Assembly (NCBI GenBank): GCA_030390025.1
Contig: JASTWF010000036.1
Coordinates: forward strand, 3,846,001 to 3,910,000
Length of the DNA stretch: 64,000 nucleotides
Reading direction: 5' to 3'
DNA from: Squalus acanthias
Lineage: Eukaryota
Every line of letters begins with the position of its first letter. Positions within the stretch are counted from its first letter, which is position 1. The notes under the pieces are model-generated. The model made no database searches and was not told the origin of the DNA. It saw only the letters and a program-made list of their open reading frames with translations. This document shows positions 25,529 to 38,855 of the stretch, piece after piece. Position numbers and translations under genes: made by a program.

Positions 25529-25612
25529 AATTCTATGAACCTTCCTCCAGATAAAGCACGGCTGCTGCGACAGTACGACAACGAGAAGAAATGGGATCTC
25601 ATCTGTGATCAG
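25529..25612 (+). CDS. FMNL3: FMNL3 exon 2 ([28 protein letters not shown]), GBD region
   Basis: ttgctttgcag acceptor, 84 nt, phase 0/0, gtact donor. Confidence 0.95.
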
Positions 25613-26079
25613 GTACTTGGAATCCATGTGTAAATTGCAGAGAGTCCTATGGTGCCCTTCTCGAACATTTGTGGGGGAGGCGGGGGGCGGGAAATGTCGC
25701 ATCTCCATTTTTGTTTAGAAATTCACTTTGCGTTGACGAGGGTCCATTCCGGGCCACTGTCTCTCCCCTCTTCAGGGAACGGTTCTGCTAGACGTGAGAC
25801 TTGCGGTCTGTCGGGTTCAGCTGTGCTGTCAACCGCACGGAAAAGCCCCCGGGCGGCTCCTCTGTGCCAGCATCTGGATCAATAAAACTCTCTCGGCCTA
25901 GTATTGCTGCATCAGAAAAGTTAGCAGGCCCTGTTTGCTGAAAGCATACGGCACAGTGTTGAAATCTGATTCACACCAATGCAATCGGTCGGTCGAAGAC
26001 AACCAAGTATATCTGTAGGTTCAGATGTTGGCAATAAGGTTGGACGAAATTGGTCAGCCTGGACATGTACCATGAGCTC

Positions 26080-26292
26080 CATGGGGCCAATCTTTTGGAT
26101 GCATGTTCCCGTTGGGGAAACCTCGCCGGGCGGGAGAACACATCATAAATCACAGACAGCTGCCAATGATTTTCTTCCTATTCATTTTAATGGATGGGAA
26201 ATTGTGGGGGACTGCACCTGTGGTTTCCCAATGTGCACTCTCGAGGGGTGAGGCTGCCCAACAGGAGCATGCATTCCAAAAATTGGCCCCAT
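26080..26292. mobile_element. MITE with long terminal inverted repeats
   Basis: catggggccaat...ggatgcatgttcc / ggagcatgcattcc...attggccccatg. Confidence 0.65.
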
Positions 26293-26365
26293 GAGCTTAG
26301 CTACATGATGCTGTGATATCCATTCTGTTCTCACCACCCCTCAACCCCGCCCCAAAGCCCAATCT

Positions 26366-26636
26366 ACTACAACAACTTGCATTTACTTAGCGCCTTTAGT
26401 AAAACATCTCGAGGCGCTTCACAGGAGCGTAATCGAACAAAATTTGACACCGAGCCACATGAGGAGGTATTAGGGCAGATGACCAAAAGCTTGGTCAAAG
26501 AGGTAGGTTTTAAGGATCGCCTTAAAGGAGGAGAGAGAGATTGAGAGAGAGAATTCCAGAGCTTAGGGCCCAGGCAGCTGAAGGCACAGCCACTGATAGT
26601 GGAGCGATGAAAATCAGGGATGCGCAAGAGGCCATT
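26366..26636 (-). mobile_element. L2-clade LINE 3' fragment
   Basis: same family as 1021-1325. Confidence 0.8.
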
Positions 26637-27569
26637 TAACTCAGTTAATCTATTTAACTAAGAATCGTGCCTTCTGGGATTTTTGTTGCTGCTTTGGGCA
26701 ATCGAGGCTTGCACTGCATTAAAGGTTCAATCTTGTCCTCTCTAATTGATTAGCCAATGAGCAAATGCGCTTCATGGTGTCGAACTAGCCATACATGCCA
26801 TGACGGGCCCAGGTTCGATCCCCGCTCTGTCCAGAGTAAGCTGTTCTCAACATGCGAACAGGCTGGGGGCATTACTGTTGGCCTCTGCATCTGTGCCTTG
26901 GGCATGGGAAAGACAATCGGCCAGGGTTTCTGCCTCCCACCCCCGCCCCTGATCGCTTTCCAGTGGAAAGCGTGTACGTGGGCATTGAGCGAGGAAGGCA
27001 TCGGGCTTGGTTGTGACTCCTCCTGCGCTCAGATGTCCTGCCAACACTCAGTGACTTGGCTCGCACGTGAAGAAAAGTACTGCAATGTCGGCAATGATTT
27101 GTACTTACTGTATGTTTATCTGTTGTGACATAGATCATACAGCACCAGAAGGAGGCCATTCGGCCCATCGTGCCTGTGCAGGCTCTTTGAAAGAACTATC
27201 CAATTAATTTCCCCCCCCCCCCACCCTGCTCTTTCCCCTTAGTCCTGCTAATTTTTACTTTTCAACTGTTTATCCAATTTCCTTTTGAAAGTTGTTATTG
27301 TATCTGCTTCCAAGGGGTGCATTCCTGATCATCATAACGCGCTGCATAAAGAAATTTCTCTTTGTCTCCCCTCTGGTTCTTTAGCCATAAGCCCACTATT
27401 CTAAGTGTGAGGTGAAAACATTTAATTTTCAATACTGAAATTGAATTGATGTAAATTTACAAATGAGGTACCACTGCACATGCCAGAGAGCTTTTCATTT
27501 CTCTCCTATTTCTTCTTTGTTGTGTTTGAGACTAAAGGACTGACTGACTGTTTCGCTTTGCATTGTCAG

Positions 27570-27650
27570 GAGCGCTTTCAGGTGAAGAATCCTCCACATA
27601 CCTACATCCAGAAACTGAAGAGCTACCTGGACCCAGGAGTCACCAGGAAG
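27570..27650 (+). CDS. FMNL3: FMNL3 exon 3 ([27 protein letters not shown])
   Basis: cattgtcag acceptor, 81 nt, gtaaaa donor; matches FMNL family sequence. Confidence 0.95.
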
Positions 27651-27709
27651 GTAAAAGGAACTATGGTTGCACACTCACGAATAAAGGGGTTGTTACGCAG
27701 CGAGCCTTC

Positions 27710-28502
27710 GGGGGAAAATTTGGCTATCGCCCATTTTGGGGCGCAAAGTTTAGCGGCCGGCGCTAATTATCGCCTCCGACTGCAAAATTCGCCTCTATCG
27801 CCCCTGGAGGTGATTTGAGTGCTAACTCAGGCGCTACACACCTCTCCAGGCGCAAACGTCAGGGAGCGAGGCGCTACCTCAGAACGTTACTGAAACTCTG
27901 GCGACGTCCGTTACCATGGAAGCCAGACAGACTGGCGCCGTCCAGTTCTTGCTGGCCAGCCACACCCTGCTCATTGCAGCCTTGAATCTCGGCCTGGAGA
28001 GACCTCGAAAGCAATTGTGCTGGAAGCACTAATGGATAGGCCCAGGGAAAGAGCTCGGCACTTAGGAACCTCGAAAGTGGTGCTGAGGGCCAAAACTCCT
28101 TAGGCCAGCGTCGAATCTCTCCAGACGTGTCTCTCCCTCTCAACCTGCGTGGACCAAAAATTTTGCCGATAAGGTAAGGCAGGAAGCGCCCGCCTTTAAA
28201 TAGCGCTCCCCCAGCCCCTTCCTGACTTGAAAATGTTCCCCTCTACCTGTCATTCCTAGCGGCAGGCGCTAAGGCAGGGGTCTCCACTCCCCACATCTGG
28301 CAGGTCTGGGGCGCTACACGTTCGACTGACGTCACGATCTGCGGGCGCAGGAGATTGTGGCGATAGTGTTTAGTACTACCGCAAAACGACTGGTCAATTT
28401 CGCGAAAGGCGCTAAAATCGCCGCGCTCGGGCGCCAAGTTCCTAGCACCGCCCCCCCCCTGGAGGCACTAATGGGAGGTGCTAAGCAACCGAAATTTCCC
28501 CC
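27710..28502. mobile_element. PIF/Harbinger-like CpG-rich MITE, same family as 6401-7286, opposite orientation
   Basis: gggggaaaattt ... aaatttccccc termini; ttc/tta flanks; shared internal block ctgctcattgcagccttgaatctcggcctggagagacct. Confidence 0.75.
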
Positions 28503-29197
28503 TTAGTTTCTTGAGCATCACAGCAAATGGTGGCACAATACATGAGCTGTGTGTACTTCGAAATAATTTTTGTGACGGTATATCGCACAGTCCTTGGGAT
28601 TGAGGGGATGATTTTAACCCGACCCACCTGGCAATAAATCACCCAGGTTTATTCGCCCTCCAGAAGCCGGGATCTTGCCAGCCCCACCCCCCCTCCTGCT
28701 ATTTTGACTCTGGCTTCTGGACAGGCAGCTAGCCCGTCTGCCCAAAGCCGGCGGGGTCCTCACTGACATTTACAGATCGGGGTTTGGTGATGTCATCGGG
28801 CCCCGACTGCTATTTTAACACTGGCCTGATTGGTTGAGACATGCGGCTTTCTCGCCAGGTTCTAAGACCGTTGGCACCTTTCCTGACCCGGGCATGCTGG
28901 ATGATCACATATGAGCAGCCACTTTCTGACTTCTTGCTCTTGGAGAGGAGCTTCGCCCACGGAGAACACCGATCAGAAATTCCAGTCAGAAAATTGTGCT
29001 CGGTACACACCAGAGCTTCCAATAAGCCCTCTCTGCAAGCAAGGCTCCCCACTGGAAATGCAACATCCGAAAACTACTCCTTTGATGCCAAGCCTGCAGG
29101 TGTTCAAAAACCCCAGCATTGTTGGCCCTCACCTTGATGAGCCCAGAATTCACCAAAAATCAAATGATCCATGCTGAGAAATGGCTCCTGAGAGGTT

Positions 29198-29396
29198 CAT
29201 AGAAACATAGAAACATAGAAGATAGGAGCAGGAGTAGGCCATTCGGCCCCTCGAGCCTGCTCTGCCATTTAATGAGATATGGCTGATCATCCAAATTCAG
29301 TACCCTGTCCCTGCTTTCTCCCCATATCCCTTGGTCCCTTTAGCCTTAAGAAATATATCTAACTCCTTCTTGAACATATTTAATGAATTGGCCTCA
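29198..29396 (-). mobile_element. CR1 3' end (young family)
   Basis: catagaaacatagaaac tail; FKKELDIFL...GYGEKAGTGY; a second CR1-type fragment on + at ~29540-29825. Confidence 0.85.
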
Positions 29397-30489
29397 AGTG
29401 ACAATTGTGGCTGTGTTGGGTTGGTAGAGCAACAGGTTGGCATGAAGATGCACTGCACGCACACCAATAGGCATGGGTTCAAAAGCTTGGTTGGGTTTTG
29501 GAGATGAGGTTCTCCCACTTGGGAGAGAGGGGAAAGCAAATGGTTTATTGCAGTCACTAATAAATCCAATAAAGAACTCTGGAGAAATGTCTTTGCCCAG
29601 TGAGTGATTAGAATGGGGAACTCGCTACCACAGGGAGTGGTTGAGGCGAATAGTATAGATACATTGAAGGGGAAGCTAGATAAGTACATGAGGGAGAAAG
29701 GGGTAGAAGGATATGTTGATGGGGTCAGATGAAGAGGGGTGGGAGGAGGCTCGTGTGGAGCATAAACAACGACATGGACCAGTTGGGCCAAGTGGCCTGT
29801 TTCTGTGCTGTAAATTCGAAGTAATATATAAGTCACCCACACCTCTGTGATTAGTTACAGAGCAGTATTTGGAGAAGCCAGTCATCAGAGAATGGGGGAA
29901 TAGAAAGACTTAAAAGGAGGAGAAAATGAAGGAAAAATGGATTTGCTGTTTTGAAATGCAGGTTTTCTTACCATCCTGTATCTTGTGAAAATAAAGGGGG
30001 GGAAACTTTTCACCTTCACCGCTTGGACACTAATCTGGTGGTGCCTGTTATTGAACCTGCCTGATTTTCATCCTGCTTATTTTAGTTGGGTAATTCGCTC
30101 CCCCACATGACTGCCCAGGGCAGTGAAGGAGAAAATGACCCCATGTATCCTTATAATAATGTTCGTGCATCATCATAACTGGGTTTCCTGCAATTGTGTC
30201 ACGCACTTATTGCAATGTTACCATTCTGATGCCATCTCCCCATTGCTTTTTGTAACCAATGACCTCACTACCTGTGTAGTCAGCAAGACTAGACTTGGAT
30301 CACTCACTGGGTGTGATTATAGGGGCGAAGTGACAACTCTGCATCCTAAATTAATAGGAAACACTTATCCCTAATGTAATTTAGCTTCCCATCTTCGAGA
30401 ATCTACTGTAACATCGCTATATTAGCAGTGTTACTCTTGCAAGGTTGTTGTTCAATATTTCCTCCATTTTCTTGCCGCCTGACTTCCTT

Positions 30490-30968
30490 GGAGAGTGAGA
30501 AAGGGGGGAGGAGGGAGAGGGAGGAGGGAGCGAGAAAGGGGGGAGGAGGGAGAGGGAGGAGGGAGAGTGAGAAAGGGGGGAGGAGGAAGGGGGGAGGAGG
30601 GAGAGGGAGGAGGGAGAGGGAGGAGGGAGAGCGAGAAAGGGGGGAGGAGGGAGAGCGAGGAGGGAGAGCGAGAAAGGGGGGAGNNNNNNNNNNNNNNNNN
30701 NNNNNNNNNNNNNNNNNNNNNNNNNNNNNNNNNNNNNNNNNNNNNNNNNNNNNNNNNNNNNNNNNNNNNNNNNNNNNNNNNNNNNNNNNNNNNNNNNNNN
30801 NNNNNNNNNNNNNNNNNNNNNNNNNNNNNNNNNNNNNNNNNNNNNNNNNNNNNNNNNNNNNNNNNNNNNNNNNNNNNNNNNNNGGGAGAGAAAGCGGGGG
30901 AGGAGGGAGGGAGAGAAAGCGGGGGAGGAGGGAGCGAGAAGAGGAGGAGGGAGGGAGAGAGAGAGAGT
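30490..30968. repeat. Purine-rich (GGA/GA) low-complexity tract containing an assembly gap
   Basis: almost pure G/A on both sides of the N-run. Confidence 0.9.
30684..30883. other. Assembly gap (200 N)
   Basis: run of n. Confidence 1.
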
Positions 30969-31120
30969 TGGGCTATGTTGTGCAACTGTGCACTTCTAGG
31001 GTGATGAGCTGTACCATCTTTTCTGTCTCCTTAGTGTAGTCCTCTGTTTAATGCCCCAGCCAGAAAGGAACCAGATCTGCACCCTGCACCAGTCTGATCC
31101 CTTTTCTTCTTTTATTGCAG

Positions 31121-31197
31121 AAATTCAGACGCAGAGTGCAAGAATCAACCAAAGTACTGCGGGAGCTTGAGATCTCCCTCCGAACCAACTACATTGG
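31121..31197 (+). CDS. FMNL3: FMNL3 exon 4 ([26 protein letters not shown])
   Basis: ttttattgcag acceptor, 77 nt, gtgagt donor, ends in phase 2. Confidence 0.95.
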
Positions 31198-34100
31198 GTG
31201 AGTGTGCTGTGTGCCTTGACATTGCTGGGGGCTGTGCTCACTGTCGAGTCATCGGAACAACAACAGCTTGCATTTATACAGCGCCCTTAACACACAACAA
31301 GTCGTCCCTACGCGTCACCAAATTGAAATAAGGCAGGAAACAAACACTGAGTCAGGGAGGGAGCGTTTAGGAGAGCTGACCGAAAGCCTAGTCAAAAAGA
31401 AAGGGTTTTCAAATGTGGAGAGACCCAAGGATGTAGGCAGAGAGTTCTAAGGAGCAGGGCCGAGGTGGCTGAAGGCTCTTCCATTAATCGTCAGAGGGAG
31501 GGTTGCACACAAGGCCAGAGTCGGTGTACTGGAGAGAGGATAGGGCTGGAGGAAATTGCAGAGATGGGGTGAGACAAGGGCAGGGAGTGATTTGAAGACT
31601 AGGATGAGAAGTTCAAATTTAATGCTGGGGGGAGAGGAGGAGCCAATGTAGGTCAGTGAGGCCAGAGGTCAGGAATGAGTGGGCCTTAGTGTGAGACAGA
31701 ATACTGTTGAGGGGGGCAGGAAGCAGAGTTAACTCCTTCCTGCCACCTCTTTCGAGCAAAAAAGGTTGAGAGGAGATTTGATAGGTGTTCAAAATCATGA
31801 GGGGTCTGGACAGAGTAGATAGAGAGAAACTGTTCCCATTGGCGGAAGGGTCGAGAACCAGAGGACACAGATTTGAGGTGATTGGCAGAAGAACCAAAGG
31901 CGACATGAGGAAAAACTTTTTTACGCAGCGAGTGGTTAGGATCTGGAATGCACTGCCTGAAAGGGTGATGGAGACAGACTCAATCGTGGCTTTCAAAGGG
32001 GAATTGGATAAGTATCTGAAGGAAAATATTTGCAGGGCTACGGGGAAAGGGCGGGGGAGTGGGACTAGCTGAAGTGCTCTTGCAGAGAGCCGGCACGGGC
32101 TCAACTAGCCAAATGGCCTCCTTCCATGCTGTAACCATTCTATGATTTACAGCTTGGAGGAAGACCATTTTGCCCATCATGTCTGTGCCAGCTCTTTGCA
32201 AGAGCAATCCAAAACTTATCCCACGACCCTGCTCTCTCCCCATAGCCCTGTATATTCCTCTGTTTAAATGATTATCCACTTTACCCTTAAGATGCAATGA
32301 TCTCTGCTGCAACCACTTCCTGTAGTAAAGCATTTTATGCTTCCAACAACCCTCTGCATAAAGACATTTCTCATAACCTCACTTCTCGCTCTTCTAGTGA
32401 CCATTTTAAACTGATTGCTCCTCGTCACTAACTCCCCAACCAGAGGAAGTAGTCTTTCCATATTCACCTATTGATACCTTTTCATAATTCTAAAAAGCTC
32501 CATTAAATCTCCTCTTGGCCTTCTCTGCTGCCGTGGAAATACTCCCAGTATCTCAAGTCTCTCCTTATAACCTTAGTTTCCTCCTCAAATTTCCCTCTTC
32601 TCTTGCCCAGTGTTGTGGTAGAAATTTTGTCTTGGGCAGTGCCCTATCGCCGTCCCTTGTACTCCCCGCCCGATATTCAGTCCCATTGCGATTCCGCCCG
32701 CTTCGCGCTACTGCCCAAGATGGATTTCTACCCCTTTGTCTGTAGTTTTGGGCAACGGCCTTCAGGAGGACATTGGTGCGTTGGCAAGGTTCAGAGAAGA
32801 TTGACTGGATGACCTGGGGAGCGAGGGCTCTAACTTGTGAGGAGAGGCTCTCGGTGGGACAAGGCGGGGAACAGATTCAAATTGGTGAAAGGCAAATTTG
32901 GACAAATGTCAGTAGCCTCCTCTTCGTGCAAAAACTGAGCAACACTTGGAATGGACCTCTGGGTAGTATAGGGGAGACAAAAACCATTTAAGAGCCAGTC
33001 GGATGCTGCCAAGGGAGGACTGTACAGATGAGCTAGGATGGGCTGAATGGCCTTCCATATCGGTATTTATTGGGTGAATTTTTTTTTTGAGTGGGGGCGG
33101 GGGAGGCCATGATCCAGTTTTTAAGGACACGTGACAATGTAACTGTAAACAGGTCGTTTAACTTGAGAGCATGGACCCAGAACTGGAGCATAACATTAAC
33201 CAGCCTCAAGCAAGACTAGAGATTAGAAAGAATATTTCATGTCATTCAAACAAGCTTTCTAAACATCGCCATAGTGATTAATTTCAGACACACAATTCTA
33301 TGCTCCACATAATTACCAATACAGAGTAACATGAGGTTGGATCCATTTGTTTTTCTTTTGAGTGGTCAATCACCATGTGGGTGGCAAGACCACAGTCAGC
33401 CTGAAGCTGTAATTAATTATTGCTCATTTAAAAAAAATTAAAAAAATAATTGCAGACCTTGGCAGAAGAAAAAGGCATTGCAATGGTTAAGCCAAGGAGG
33501 TGTCGGAATGAAAAGGAATATAATCTGTAAGGGTTGGGGAGGGGAGTTAGTAAATGAATGGTGGAAATACGGTTCGGAAATGCCATTGTACAGCCTCAAT
33601 TACACAGCAGGTTGGACTCGACTAGCTGGGAGGAAAAGCCTCCCATTATCTGTGCTACAATGGCTTCCTGCAGACTGCTGAATCCACGAGATCCAGTGAT
33701 AACGCTGGTCCCGCGTCACAGTCCCCTTGCAGATGGCGGCGCACATCGCATTGTTGCACGGCCTGCTTGGCAGGATGTTTGGAGATAAACAGTTTGTGCG
33801 CATGCATCTTGCCTGGGAAGCTCCGCTGAAAGCAGTTGCACTGAAGTGCTAACGGATTGCTGCAGAGATCCCGTTCCCGTCGGAGGCGTCTTGCCAGAAT
33901 AAAAAAAAATACATTTGGGATGTGTGCAATGTTTGTTGTTGTAGCATTAAAAACTCCTTGGAAAAACAAACCCAGTACCCTCCCTCTATAGGGGTCTTGC
34001 ATTTGGTGCTGGTCCAGATTCTGCATTTCGACTCCAAAGTGATTGCATTTCCAGGACTGGTGGGGAGGGCCAGTGACACACAGACCAGTTCGTAAATTTC

Positions 34101-35674
34101 CGTGCTTTGAAGTCTCTTCAAGGCTGTGTTTCCATAAGATCGGCTGGAAGCGGCCGACCTGTACCTGATGGGAATGGACTCGTACATTGGCGGGAGCACG
34201 AGAGAGCTGAGGAAATAGGAAGCCAAGTGCTCACGATTTTTTTTTAAAGTTAGATATAAACAGTTGGAAATCTGAAAGAATGGCCAGAAAATCCTGGTCA
34301 TGCACAGCAGGCCTGTCAGAAAGAGAGAGAGACTCTCATTTATCTGGCTGTATTGCATCCCTGCGAAGTGCCTCAAAATGCTTCACAGAATAATGAATTA
34401 CTACGGAGTGCAGTTGTCGTCGCTGTGTAGGCAACTCGAGTTAGTTATGTACTGAGCATCTGAGAGAGAAAGATGGGTTAACACTTTGGATGAGGCCCTT
34501 TGTTTAAAGTCTCGGTGTTCTAAGAAGGGATGTATTGTGCACTGTGCTTCTGTATTTTCCCGAAACTTCCAATACTCCCACTATTAGGTTCTTCATCCCA
34601 CGTATCAGGCACTGATGGATGGACATAATTATCGGAATGGCATCTCGCTTTTCTATTCAATTGTCAGAACATTAGCTCCGTTTCAGCCCCAACCTATCCG
34701 AGATGTATATCTTAAAAACTATATTTTTTAAAAACCTCGCATTTAAAATTGTAAACATTTCCTGTCTGGCTAGACCTATGATCCCACATGAGCTCCTGTC
34801 CAAGTGGCTGTGGCCTTTGGCTGTCCTTGTTACTGCTCCTCATCAGCACACTTTTTGTGGAGTACAAAGGTCCCATGAGGAACTGGGACGCAGGTCAGGA
34901 CTGAATTATAGTGGGGGCAGATTGAGCCTGGGGTGGTTGAGCCCAATTTAGTCTTGTTGGGGGCATTTTCCTTTTTGAAAAGAATCTGTATTGGGGAATA
35001 ACGATAAGCATCATAGTCTTCATTAAATCAGTTGGGATTAATCCAATGCATAGTCTGCCAAATGGAGCCTAGTTCCCCTAAAGCTGATTTGTGAACTGAA
35101 CTGGTATGCAGGGAGGCCTGTGGACTGAGTCATGCATCAATGGGCGATAGGAGGAATAGCGTGAACTAAAAGCTAACTGTGGGAGGAAGAAGTTGTTTCA
35201 TTCGACTTTGAGAATCATTCAAATCTCCCCTTCTCTTGTATTTTAAAAGTTTTATTTCCTGCCCCCCCCCTACCCCCCCGCCCCCAAATCATCACCCACT
35301 CTGATGGGGACCCGTAGAGCCAGGCCTCCACACTCCAAGAAGCTGGTCACCCATTGACAGCTTTGGGACTCGTCACGTGACTGACTCAATGGGATGCCAC
35401 ACTGACTGGCATTCCTCCTCGTCACGGATGCCAATCAGGAGGTGTCTAGACGGCGAAGCTTCAATACCAACTGAGTTAAAAGGGTCGAAACAACCTGTCT
35501 ATCCGTGGGAGGGAATATAATTGAATGTCTGCTGTAGATTAGGAGTTTTCCAAGATTGGGAGGAGTAATTGACACCAAAAGTACATCGCCACTGTGTCGA
35601 CACCATCCCTCAATGCACATAGTGTGTTTTTAACCGTATGCTTGAATTATCCACTGGTGCGAGAAATTTCGTTA

Positions 35675-36415
35675 CATAGAACTACATAGAATATACAGCA
35701 CAGAAACAGGCCATTCAGCCCCACTGGTTTCTGCTCCACACGAGCCTCCTCCCACCCTACTTCATCTCACCCTATCAGCAGATCCTTCTGTTCCCTTCTC
35801 CCTCATACTCATCTAGCCTCCCCTTAAATGCACCTATATTATTCACCTCAACCACTCCCTGTGGTAGCGAGTTCCACACTCTCACCACTCTCTGGGTGAA
35901 GAAGTTTCTCCTGAATTCCCCATTGGATTTATTAGTGACTCTCTTAGATTTATGACCCAATGTTCCCTGTAATTTATTTTTGGGCCGTGCGGCCCCTTTA
36001 ACGGGCTGGACGGCTCATTCAAAATCCTGCGCGTGCGCGTTTTTTTCAGTTTAAAAGCTGGCTCACCAGTTGCACGGGACCCCTGGAACGCTGTGCGACC
36101 GAATGGCCACGCAGCTTAAAGAGAACATTGTTTATGACCCCTAGTTTTGGACTCCCACACAAGTCGAAACATCTTCCCTACGTCCACCCTATCGAACGCT
36201 TCTTTTTTAAAGACCTCTATCAGGCCACCTCTCGGCCTTCTCTTTTCTAGAGAAAAGATCCCGAGCCTGTTTAGTCTTTCCTGATTGTTGTAATCTCTCA
36301 GTTCTGGTATCCCCATAAATCTTTTTTTTGCACCTTTACCAGTGCCCTCTATATCCTTTTTGTAATATGGAGACCAGAACTGTGCACAGTGCTCCAAGTG
36401 TGGTCCAACCAAGGT
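35675..36415 (-). mobile_element. CR1-clade 3' fragment split by a nested MITE
   Basis: PHLEHCAQFWSPYYKKD...RRNFFTQRVVRVWNSLP; continuity restored when 35958-36130 is removed. Confidence 0.85.
35958..36130. mobile_element. Short hAT-like MITE nested in CR1
   Basis: caatgttccct ... agagaacattg TIR; duplication tttatgac(c); second copy at 59706-59808 with attggcac/attgacac 8-bp TSD. Confidence 0.8.
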
Positions 36416-38559
36416 TCGATGTCCCCTTGCAGGTGGCAGTGTACATCGTATTGTTGACTAGCTCAGTTGGTAGGATGTTTGGCGATAAACAGCAGTGCCT
36501 GTCCATTTTGCCTGGGAAGCCCTGTTGAAAGCAGTTGCACAGAGCGTAAACAGATTTTGCGGAGATGCCGTCCGTAGAGGGCTTGTTGCCAAAACAAAAA
36601 TAATTTTGGAATGTTGTTGACATAGGATGTGAGTTCCTGAACGCACATAGGTTAATTCCACTCGCAGTTGGACTTACCTTGTTGTCCCGCCTCCGTTTCC
36701 TGCTCCCTTTCCTTTACCCTGATCTGCAGTCTCTTCAGTGGGAGGACCCCGAGATTGACTGGGAGATAGGTGGAGCTTATCCAGCCTCCATTGTGTTGCA
36801 GAAAGAGCCAAGCAGTCACAGTAGCCAAGTATTCAGGTTCACAATCAGATCCTAACTGCTGCCCACAAGTGCAGAGGAGTTGTATTATCTTGTGCACTTG
36901 CTAACTTTGTGTTCTGTTGTCCATCCTGATGCCCGTCAGATAGTTGAGGCAGGCGATTTTTTTTTTTCAGCGTGTGACATCCCAAGAGTTACTGCATTGC
37001 ACAAGTAATGTGATTTGGCTGAAAGACTCCCAGAGGCAGATGGTGGCCTCTGGGTGTAGTGTCGGCATGCTCAGCACACTGGGTCAAAGGCTGGGCAAGT
37101 TACAGGGGGAGAAAGCGGATGAGGAGAGAGACCACGATGAGGGAGGGCTGACCTCAGCATCCCCTTGTGATTTTTGACGTTTTTACCGGCACAACCGGCT
37201 TGCCTTACAGTTAGGGGGAGAAATGCCATGTCCTTGAAATTCCACTCAAAAAGACAGTCATTCCCAAGATAGTGTCCGATCCATCTCTGGTTTTTGTCAT
37301 CGTTTTTTACCCTTTCGATTATCCCATTTCCTCACCCAAGGGCATTGAATCCTGCTTGCTGGGTGCAGTTCCACTGATACCTCATCCAATTGACCATACT
37401 TCATGTATGAGCTTAGATAGCGAGCGTTAGTGGGTTATTCAACCATGAAGGCCAACGCAGCCGAGCCTCATCCTGTCCTTCCCCCCCCCCCCCCCCCCAG
37501 TGTCCAGACACGGGCACTTCCTAGTGGGAGTTGCCGGATGCTGATCAGGAATGGGAGCCCTGGCTGGTTTCCTTCCTCCCCTCCTGAGCCCGGCGGGGTT
37601 GGCAAGGCCAATGGTAGCATCGCTGAAGTAATCTCTGCTGAGGTCAGCTACCTCGACCATGGCCAACAGAATTTGGACTCTTCCCCATCTGTCTGCCTCA
37701 GTAGCCCACCAGGCGCAGCATTTACCCAACTATCAAAGCAGCGCTTCCTTTTTTGGTTAGGGTGTGTTTGGGAATCATTTTCTTTCTTGGCAAATCATTT
37801 ATAAAAAAAAAAATCAGTGCTTCAGTAAATAGGACAACAAGCAATAAGATGGAGGAGACTTTTATCCCGTCTGTCCGGGCGGCATTTGAAAACAAAAGCT
37901 GCCGGAAGAGGACAAAGGATTAAATGGAGACAATGTTGGCCAACAAAGAGAGGAGATAATTCACCTTCAAAAATAGCTTCCTTTTCAGCAAATAAAAAAA
38001 AAAAAAATAATGGAACTGCAACAACGTCTGTGACCTCAAGTCACTTCAATTCCGCACATGAAAAAAAAGGTTTGCCTGCAGCATACATCCTATCTGATGC
38101 TGGGCCTCCATTTCCTGCTCATTACAGCTACTGCTATTTTGGGCTATCGGCACATTCAGAATCAACAGGCTCGAGTTAAATGGCCATATACTGTATTGGT
38201 ACATAACCAGCGCAGATGTGAGAAACAGCTCCTGAACTTCACTCAGTAATGGCGTGAGCTGGTGGAGGAGGGGAGGAGGAAATGAACCGCTTCCTACAAA
38301 TCAGAGCAGGCAGTGTATTGCCGCTTCTCAATAATGAAAATAAATAGGCCAGTGATTGTTCAAAGAGGCAGGATACACTGGAGGAGCTCCTGCTCTCTGG
38401 TTCAAATCCAGCCCAGACTAATGGGAGGAAAGTCTTGCCGATCTTATAGCTGTTGGATATTAAAATGTTAAAATTAAGATTTTAAACGCCTCGATTTTAA
38501 AATTCTCATCTTGGTTTTCAAATCCCTCCACGACCTCGCCACCTCCCTATCTCCGAAAC

Positions 38560-38742
38560 CACCTCCAAGTCACACACCATCCTGATTTGGAAGTAGATCG
38601 CCGTTCCTTCATCGTTGCTGGGTCAAAATCCTGGAACTCCCTCCCTAACAGCACTGTCACCACACGGACTGCAGCGGTTCAAGAAGGCGGCTCATCACCA
38701 CCTTCTCGAGGGCAATTAGGGATGGGCAATAAATGCGGGCCT
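38560..38742 (+). mobile_element. LINE 3' end (CR1-group family), ending ~30 nt before exon 5
   Basis: [16 protein letters not shown] motif; a longer copy at 45735-46025. Confidence 0.75.
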
Positions 38743-38771
38743 TTAATTAAATCTGTTCTATTCTTTTCTAG

Positions 38772-38855
38772 GTGGGTGCGAGAGTTTTTAAATGATGAGA
38801 ACCAGGGTCTCAATGTGCTGGTGGACTATCTCTCCTTTGCACAGTGTGCAGTCAT
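38772..38855 (+). CDS. FMNL3: FMNL3 exon 5 ([28 protein letters not shown])
   Basis: ttcttttctag acceptor, 84 nt, gtaagt donor, phase 2/2. Confidence 0.95.

Noticed and set aside
30428..31039. ORFs of 170-200 aa
   Set aside because: They span a low-complexity GA tract and the 200-N gap.
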